Positions 57,760 to 64,000 of a stretch of 64,000 bases of DNA are shown here, one piece after another. The notes beneath the pieces are model-generated. The model was not told where the DNA came from and made no database searches. It saw nothing but the letters and a program-made list of their open reading frames with translations. Position 1 is the stretch's first letter, and every line of letters begins with the position of its first letter. The stretch is from Alphaproteobacteria bacterium (GTDB lineage Bacteria; Pseudomonadota; Alphaproteobacteria; JAJTHO01; CANGYM01), in contig JBILRW010000002.1 of the NCBI GenBank assembly GCA_044372405.1, positions 6,862 to 70,861 of the forward strand. The letters are read 5' to 3'. Both the position numbers and the translations under genes were made by a program.

Positions 57760-59360
57760 AACCGCAACCCCAAGATCCCTCCCTTTCTGAGGATTTCGAA
57801 ACGCTGCGGCGTAAGTTTCACTTGCTGCAGGATCGTTATCGGGATGTTTCCCGACTCAGTGCTGAAATTTTTTGGGAAACCAATGCCGATTTCGAATTAT
57901 CAGCGGTTTCAGATCGTGTTTTGGACGGAATTGGCCTTCACAGCAGTCAGTTAACAGGATGCGTTCTCTTTGATGTGTTTAGTATTATTGAGGAAGAAAC
58001 CAAAAACCAAAAACTCATCCAGGCCATTTGTCGTTGCGCACCGTTTAAAGATTTGCACGTTCGCTATCATCATAACAACGGTTCCTGGTCCTATTTTCGG
58101 TTGAGTGGCCTTCCTTATTTTCACGGACAAACGGGGGCTTTTGCGGGGTATCGGGGGACGGCTCTGGATATGACCACCGAAGTCATGGCGCTGGATCGGG
58201 CCAAACGTTTGGATCATCGGTTGCATTCGTCGCTTCAGGCCATCCCCGTGGCCGTCAGTATTTTCAGCCAAGAGGGTATTCTGATCCATGTCAATCGCTC
58301 CTTTACGGATCTTTTCCCCGAAACGGGGCGTTTGTTTGAGGACGACGAGGAAATCACATACCAAAACATGTTTCCCCACATGCTGGAGTCTGCGGAAATC
58401 GTCATGTCTGAAGACGAACAGTTTCCGTTTTTTGAGGAAATTATGGAGGTGTGCAGCACCCGCGCAGCCTGCGTCTCTCTGCCCTTTGAGCTGAAAATGT
58501 CCGATCACCGTTGGATTAAGGGGCAGCATATCATTACGGAATCGGGTGACCGAATTTTTGTTGCCCAAGAGGTGACGGATATTAAAAACCGAGAGTTGAT
58601 GCTCTCCGCCGCCCGCGATATGGCGGAGGCTGCTCATCGCACCAAATCGCATTTTTTAGCGAATATGAGTCACGAGCTGCGCACACCTCTTAATACCATT
58701 ATGGGCTTTGCCGAGCTTATGGCCAGTGAGGCGCTGGGCCCCATTAATCATCCCCATTATAAGGGTTACGCCGAAGATATTCACACCAGCGCCCAGCATT
58801 TACTGATTTTAATCAATGATATTTTGGATATGTCTAAGGTGGAGGCCGGGCGCATGACCCTGTCTGTGGGACATCTGGATGTTTACAACAGTTGCACCAG
58901 CGTTGTGCGGATGCTGCAAAATCAGGCGAATCAGAAAAACATTGCCCTGACTCTGGGGGAAAACGCCATACCCTCTATCATTTCGGGGGATAAAAATAAG
59001 GTTCAACAGATGCTGATTAATTTGATCGGCAATGCCATCAAATTTACGCCTGATGGGGGTAAAGTGACCGTGGTCCTGTTTGAAAATCACAGTCAAGAGC
59101 TGGTGGTGGCAGTGCAGGATACGGGTGTGGGGATTAAGTCTGAAAACCTGGGCAAAGTCCTCTTGCCCTTTGAACAAATCGACAACAGCGAATCCGGAAA
59201 ACATAAGGGAACGGGCCTGGGCCTGCCGCTGACAAAATCCCTCATTGAAATGCACGACGGGCGCCTGAACATTGATAGCGTTTTTGGTCAGGGCACGACA
59301 ATTTCCCTTGTCTTCCCCAAAAAAATCAGGATTATAGGGGACACTTCCGCGTCATCATGA
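57756..59360 (+). CDS. Soluble PAS-domain sensor histidine kinase (HisKA + HATPase_c, no receiver)
   Basis: H-box FLANMSHELRTPLNTIMGF, N-box LINLIGNAIKFT, G-boxes DTGVGI and GTGLGL. No TM segment is evident. ATGA overlap with the DUF2336 gene. Confidence 0.88.
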   Translation: MKPQPQDPSLSEDFETLRRKFHLLQDRYRDVSRLSAEIFWETNADFELSAVSDRVLDGIGLHSSQLTGCVLFDVFSIIEEETKNQKLIQAICRCAPFKDLHVRYHHNNGSWSYFRLSGLPYFHGQTGAFAGYRGTALDMTTEVMALDRAKRLDHRLHSSLQAIPVAVSIFSQEGILIHVNRSFTDLFPETGRLFEDDEEITYQNMFPHMLESAEIVMSEDEQFPFFEEIMEVCSTRAACVSLPFELKMSDHRWIKGQHIITESGDRIFVAQEVTDIKNRELMLSAARDMAEAAHRTKSHFLANMSHELRTPLNTIMGFAELMASEALGPINHPHYKGYAEDIHTSAQHLLILINDILDMSKVEAGRMTLSVGHLDVYNSCTSVVRMLQNQANQKNIALTLGENAIPSIISGDKNKVQQMLINLIGNAIKFTPDGGKVTVVLFENHSQELVVAVQDTGVGIKSENLGKVLLPFEQIDNSESGKHKGTGLGLPLTKSLIEMHDGRLNIDSVFGQGTTISLVFPKKIRIIGDTSASS

Positions 59361-59402
59361 TTGTGGATTTTTTCTGGTACGTTCGGTTTTCAGGTTGGGG
59401 TT

Positions 59403-60404
59403 ATGGTGGTTCGTTCCGATTGGACGCAAAATCAGGTTCAGGCACTCTTTGATCTTCCGTTTCATCTGTTGTTTGATCAGGCCAGATCTCTCCATAAACA
59501 GTTTTTTCCCCATCAGGATGTTCAGCTCGCAACACTGCTGAGCATTAAAACGGGCGGCTGTTCTGAGGATTGCGGCTATTGCCCCCAGTCCGCCCACCAT
59601 AAAAAGGTTTCCTTAAAATCCGATCCCCTGATGGACCTTGATGCTGTGCGCCAGGCGGCGAGGGCGGCCAAGGACAAAGGGGCCAGCCGTTTTTGCATGG
59701 GCGCGGCCTGGCGTTCACCCAATACCCACACCGAAAAAGGGAAAGCCCAGTTTAACGCCGTCCTTGATATGATTCGGGAAGTGAAGGCTTTGGGGATGGA
59801 GGCGTGCGTCACGCTGGGCATGTTAACGGAAGACCAAGCCCTCGCCCTGAAAGAGGCCGGCCTGGATGCCTATAACCACAACATTGATACCAGTCCGGAT
59901 TATTACGATAAAATCATCACCACACGAACATTTCAGGATCGTTTGCAAACCTTGGATCATGTGCGTACCGCGGGTCTTTCGGTATGTTGTGGGGGGATTG
60001 TCGGCATGGGGGAGGGGGTTTCGGATCGCGCCGCCATGATTGCCGTGTTGGGGGGCATGACCCCGCATCCGGAAAGCGTGCCCATCAACGCCCTGGTTCC
60101 TGTGGCGGGAACGCCGCTGGGTCATCGGGATTCTGTGGATCCCATGGATATTGTTCGCACCATTGCAGCGGCGCGGGTGGTGATGCCAGCGTCGCGCATT
60201 CGTTTGTCGGCGGGACGGGAATCCATGACCCAAGAAACCCAGGTCCTTTGCCTGCTGGCGGGGGCCAATTCGTTTTTTTATGGGGATACCCTCCTCACCA
60301 CGCCCAATCAGGCAGAGGCCGATGATCGGGCCCTCTTAGCCATGATGGGCTTACCGGTCAAGGCTCCGGTGTCTGAGATTCAGGGCGAGGTTTGCCATGC
60401 TTAA
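59403..60404 (+). CDS. bioB: Biotin synthase
   Basis: Radical-SAM motif [13 protein letters not shown]. Start at the ATG at 59403. Confidence 0.93.
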   Translation: MVVRSDWTQNQVQALFDLPFHLLFDQARSLHKQFFPHQDVQLATLLSIKTGGCSEDCGYCPQSAHHKKVSLKSDPLMDLDAVRQAARAAKDKGASRFCMGAAWRSPNTHTEKGKAQFNAVLDMIREVKALGMEACVTLGMLTEDQALALKEAGLDAYNHNIDTSPDYYDKIITTRTFQDRLQTLDHVRTAGLSVCCGGIVGMGEGVSDRAAMIAVLGGMTPHPESVPINALVPVAGTPLGHRDSVDPMDIVRTIAAARVVMPASRIRLSAGRESMTQETQVLCLLAGANSFFYGDTLLTTPNQAEADDRALLAMMGLPVKAPVSEIQGEVCHA

Positions 60405-61521
60405 ATCCTCAGATCCCCGTGGTGTTTTGCTTCTGGAAGACGGCGCTGTTTTTCATGGCTTTCTGGCCGGTGATGCAGGGGCCGTGGCGGTGGGAGAGCT
60501 GTGTTTTCAAACAGCCATGACAGGCTATCAAGAGGTCATGACGGATCCCTCCTACGCCGGCCAAATCATTGTTTTTACCTTTCCCCATATCGGGAACGTG
60601 GGTCATAATGTCCAAGATTGGGAGGCCGAAACCCTCCACGCATCGGCCATGATTGCCCGGGAACGCCCGACATTACCGTCAAATTATCGGGCTGAGGGTG
60701 ATGTGAACACCTGGCTGGCTGGCTTAGGCCGCCCCTTTTTGTATGGCATTGATACACGCGCCCTGACCACCCATATCCGCATACGGGGATCGGCGCCCAC
60801 GGGAATCATTGCCGCGTTGCCTGTAGGTGAGAATTTAGAGCCTTTGGCCCTGAAACTCAAAGCCTTTCGGGGCCTGGTGGGTGCAGATTTGGCCACGGAT
60901 GTTTCCACCAAAGACGCCTATCACTGGCAAGATGGGCTGTGGGAACAGGCCCCTGTGCCCCTCAATCATCACATTGTTGTGGTGGATTTCGGCACGAAAG
61001 AGGCCATTTTGCGGCATTTGAACCAGCGTGGGTGCCGCGTGACAGTGGTCCCGGCCCATGCGTCCCTTTCTGATATTATGACCCATAAGCCCGATGGGAT
61101 TTTGCTCAGCAATGGCCCTGGGGATCCGGCGGCCACCTTGGCCCAGATTCAGGGCACCATGACGGATCTTCTGGCCCAGGATGTGCCCGTGTTCGGGATT
61201 TGTTTGGGGTATCAGATGCTGGGTTTGGCCCTGGGGGGAACCTCGGCGAAAATGGTGGTGGGGCACCACGGGGCCAATCACCCCGTGCATGATTTGATTT
61301 CAGGCAAGGTCATCATCACCAGTCAAAACCATGGGTTTATGATTGAGAAAGAGTCTTTGCCAGGCACCCTACAGCCCACGCATATTTCCCTGTTTGATGG
61401 GACTTTACAGGGCTTTCGTGTCAAAAATCGCCCCATTGCGGGGGTTCAATTTCACCCGGAATGCTCCCCCGGGCCGCATGATGGGAGTGTTTTGTTTGAT
61501 GCGTGGTTGTCACGGGCGTGA
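60397..61521 (+). CDS. carA: Carbamoyl-phosphate synthase small (glutaminase) subunit
   Basis: [24 protein letters not shown] nucleophile, and FHPE. No carB adjacent. Confidence 0.93.
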   Translation: MLKSSDPRGVLLLEDGAVFHGFLAGDAGAVAVGELCFQTAMTGYQEVMTDPSYAGQIIVFTFPHIGNVGHNVQDWEAETLHASAMIARERPTLPSNYRAEGDVNTWLAGLGRPFLYGIDTRALTTHIRIRGSAPTGIIAALPVGENLEPLALKLKAFRGLVGADLATDVSTKDAYHWQDGLWEQAPVPLNHHIVVVDFGTKEAILRHLNQRGCRVTVVPAHASLSDIMTHKPDGILLSNGPGDPAATLAQIQGTMTDLLAQDVPVFGICLGYQMLGLALGGTSAKMVVGHHGANHPVHDLISGKVIITSQNHGFMIEKESLPGTLQPTHISLFDGTLQGFRVKNRPIAGVQFHPECSPGPHDGSVLFDAWLSRA

Positions 61522-62861
61522 AGCGCGTTTTTTATCTTTTTTTTGTGGGGTGGATCATGATGGCATTGCAAACAACAGGGGCCAGTGCAGCAGGGGAGGG
61601 GGTCTTTCACCCCCAATCCTTCACCCTGGACAACGGATTACAAGTGTTGATTGTTGAGGATCATCGGGTCCCCGCCGTTTCGCACTTCATCTGGTACCGC
61701 GTGGGGGCCATGGATGAATCCCGGGGAAAATCAGGGATTGCGCATTTTTTGGAACACCTGATGTTTAAAGCCACAAAAACCATACCCGAGGGCGAATTTT
61801 CCCGCCGCATCAACCGCATGGGGGGGGATTTGAATGCCTTTACCTCGTGGGATTATACGGCCTATTACGTCAAAATTGCCCGCGAACATCTGCCCACCGT
61901 GATGGAGATGGAGGCCGACCGTATGCGCAACATTGACCTGAGCGAAGAGGCGGTGAAAACCGAGCGCGATGTTATCCTGGCTGAACGTAAACAGGTGGTG
62001 GACAGCGATGTCACCCGTCAATTTGCCGAACAAATGGCGGCAACCCTCTATCAAAATCACCCCTATAGCATTCCCATCATCGGTTGGAGGCATGAAATGG
62101 AGGGGTTGAATCGTCAGGACGCCCTTGCTTTTTATCAAACCTATTACGCCCCCAACAATGCCGTTGTGGTGATCAGCGGCGATATTACCCTGAAAGATGC
62201 CAAAGAACTGGCCCAAAAATATTATGGCCACCTTAAACCCAGCACCTTACCCCCGCGGATCTCCCTGTCTGAGCCCCCCCACCTGGCCCATCGCCGCGTC
62301 ACCATGACCGATGCCCGTGTTTCCATGCCCACGTGGGAACGTCAATACCTGGCCCCCTCTTATATCGGCAAAAAAGACGACAAAACACCCTATGCCCTTC
62401 AGGTGTTGGCGGCGGTGCTGGCCTCTGGCGATACGGGTATTTTGCATGAACATTTGGTGCACGATTTGGGCCTGGCCAATGCTGTTTCGGTGGATTATGA
62501 CCCCCAAAGACGCGGACCGTCTGTTTTTGAAATTTCTGTTGTGCCCAGCAATCCGGCCAAGCCCGCCTTTGATAAAATTGAGGGATCTGTGGCGGAAACC
62601 CTGAAAAACCTAGAAAAAACACTGTCCGATGCGGATATCGCCAGGGTCAAAACGTCCCTGATTGCCGATGCCACCTTTGCCCGGGATGGTTTGTTTTATT
62701 CGGGGCTCATCGTCGGCCAAACGGTCAGCATCGGGGAATCGGTGGATTATATCGAAACCTGGCCCGATCAGATCGCCGCCGTGACCAAGGCCGATATTCT
62801 GGCCGCCGCAAAGACGCTAACCCTGGAAAAGGCCGTGACAGGAACCCTGGTGGCCCCATGA
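61518..62861 (+). CDS. M16-family zinc peptidase (pitrilysin-like)
   Basis: HFLEHLMFK inverted zincin motif. The GTG at 61518 (GTGA overlap with carA) gives a signal-like [24 protein letters not shown]. The start is uncertain. Confidence 0.85.
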   Translation: MKRVFYLFFVGWIMMALQTTGASAAGEGVFHPQSFTLDNGLQVLIVEDHRVPAVSHFIWYRVGAMDESRGKSGIAHFLEHLMFKATKTIPEGEFSRRINRMGGDLNAFTSWDYTAYYVKIAREHLPTVMEMEADRMRNIDLSEEAVKTERDVILAERKQVVDSDVTRQFAEQMAATLYQNHPYSIPIIGWRHEMEGLNRQDALAFYQTYYAPNNAVVVISGDITLKDAKELAQKYYGHLKPSTLPPRISLSEPPHLAHRRVTMTDARVSMPTWERQYLAPSYIGKKDDKTPYALQVLAAVLASGDTGILHEHLVHDLGLANAVSVDYDPQRRGPSVFEISVVPSNPAKPAFDKIEGSVAETLKNLEKTLSDADIARVKTSLIADATFARDGLFYSGLIVGQTVSIGESVDYIETWPDQIAAVTKADILAAAKTLTLEKAVTGTLVAP

Positions 62862-63214
62862 CGAAGGAAGAGGATGCCGAAACCTTAAAAAAACGGATTC
62901 AGGCCTATGAAGCCAAACACCAAAAGCCTGACGCCCCCAACACCGTGGAGGATCTGGTAGAGGCCCAGCGCGGCATGTCCTTTGCCATCACCATTATTAT
63001 TGAATTGATTGTGCCTGTGGCTGTGGGGGGCATTGTCGGACATCAATTGGATGTATGGGTGGGACAAAAAGCGCTTTTTGTCTTCATTTTTATCTTGCTC
63101 GGCCTGGGGGTTGCCTTTATACAGATAAAACGTCTGGCAGAGGGAAAGGATGATCTATCCTCTTTCCGCCGCCCGCGCTCTGTAAAGACAAAACCCCCGA
63201 AGGATCATGGCTAA
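62858..63214 (+). CDS. atpI: ATP synthase protein I (AtpI/AtpZ-like)
   Basis: Small 2-TM protein directly upstream of atpB. ATGA overlap with the M16 gene. Confidence 0.65.
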   Translation: MTKEEDAETLKKRIQAYEAKHQKPDAPNTVEDLVEAQRGMSFAITIIIELIVPVAVGGIVGHQLDVWVGQKALFVFIFILLGLGVAFIQIKRLAEGKDDLSSFRRPRSVKTKPPKDHG

Positions 63215-63950
63215 TCCCCTTCAGCAATTTGAGATTCATCCCATCGTTTCGCTGCCCTTGGTGGCGGGGTATGACCTGTCGTTTACCAATGCCTCTCTTT
63301 TTATGATGGGGGCGGTTTTGGTAACGTTTTTGTTTATGATGCTGCCCTTTCGGCACCGTCACGAGGTCCCCACACGGTTTCAGGCCCTTGCAGAGCTTTA
63401 CTATCGCTTTGTGGCTGATTTGACCAGAGATACATCGGGTTCAGACGCCAGGCCATTCTTTCCTTTTATCTTTTCGCTCTTTTCCTTTGTTTTGTTGGGG
63501 AACATCCTAGGGCTGTTACCCTTTTCTTTTACCTTTACCAGTCATATCATTGTGACCTTTGTCATGGCGATTTTTATCTTCGTGATGGTGACGGTGGTGG
63601 GCTTTGTGCGTCACGGCACCCATTTTTTCGCGTTGTTCGTGCCGGAAGGGTTGCCCGATCATCCGCTGTCTAAAATTCTTTTGGTTCCCCTGATTTTTAT
63701 TATTGAGTTCTTTTCTTATCTTATTCGTCCCATTACCCTTTCCGTCCGTTTGGGCGCCAACATGATGGCTGGACATATTATGTTGAAATTGATTGTGGGG
63801 TTCGTGGGTGTTGCTGGCCTTTGGGGCATTGCGCCCTTTCTTTTGTCGTTTGCCATTATTGGCTTTGAGTTCTTTGTGGCCGTCTTACAGGCGTACATTT
63901 TCACATTAATGACTTGCGTTTATCTGAAAGACGCTTTATACCTTCACTAA
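63207..63950 (+). CDS. atpB: F0F1 ATP synthase subunit a
   Basis: LSVRLGANMMAGH (essential Arg region). Multi-TM protein of 247 aa. Confidence 0.93.
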   Translation: MANPLQQFEIHPIVSLPLVAGYDLSFTNASLFMMGAVLVTFLFMMLPFRHRHEVPTRFQALAELYYRFVADLTRDTSGSDARPFFPFIFSLFSFVLLGNILGLLPFSFTFTSHIIVTFVMAIFIFVMVTVVGFVRHGTHFFALFVPEGLPDHPLSKILLVPLIFIIEFFSYLIRPITLSVRLGANMMAGHIMLKLIVGFVGVAGLWGIAPFLLSFAIIGFEFFVAVLQAYIFTLMTCVYLKDALYLH

Positions 63951-63973
63951 ATTTTTTTATAGGAGCCTTGACC

Positions 63974-64000
63974 ATGGAATCTGAAACCGCAACCACCCTT
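63974..64000 (+). CDS. atpE: F0F1 ATP synthase subunit c (5' end only, cut by window edge)
   Basis: ATG at 63974 preceded by AGGAG at 63961-63965, at the position expected after atpB. Only 9 codons are visible. Confidence 0.5.

Overview
This window reads as a contiguous alphaproteobacterial chromosome segment. Lineage-typical genes include a Tim44-like protein next to MltA, RcdA/DUF1465, Usg, an NDUFA12-like protein, class I LysRS, DUF2336, HemJ and atpI-atpB-atpE. About 70 protein genes are mostly housekeeping and tightly packed, many with overlapping stop/start codons. There are two intact tRNA genes and no rRNA or CRISPR. Classical operons are fragmented: mreB lacks mreCD, tig-clpP lacks clpX-lon, pheT lacks pheS, ilvH lacks a large subunit, carA lacks carB, and tolQR lacks tolA/tolB/pal. 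Together with several repeat families, this suggests a rearranged, possibly host-associated genome.

The most unusual signal is a ~325-bp, densely base-paired composite palindromic element present twice in inverted orientation (23742-24068 and 44892-45215). The copies differ by compensatory stem substitutions while their loops diverge freely. Each copy begins within 0-4 nt of the stop codon of a same-orientation gene. Together they bracket a 20.8-kb segment.

Other accessory or odd content:
- a tRNA(CAT) locus with a duplicated 5' half, followed by a lower-GC islet carrying a DUF21-CBS hemolysin-family gene and a truncated tyrosine integrase
- a gene-decay patch (RluA-family C-terminal remnant plus an N-terminally truncated DUF4153-like gene) next to repeat copy A
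- a TacA/TacT (DUF1778/GNAT) toxin-antitoxin pair between mutL and dnaG
- a 378-bp structured mreB-tig spacer with C8/G8 tracts and a minus-strand terminator
- a small RBS-ORF-terminator unit between clpS and sdhE
- a perfect CtrA-box upstream of rcdA
- a 13-bp tandem repeat in a divergent promoter region
- two unrelated long hairpin repeats

All functional calls come from reading the translated ORFs and the raw sequence by eye. No database search was run.
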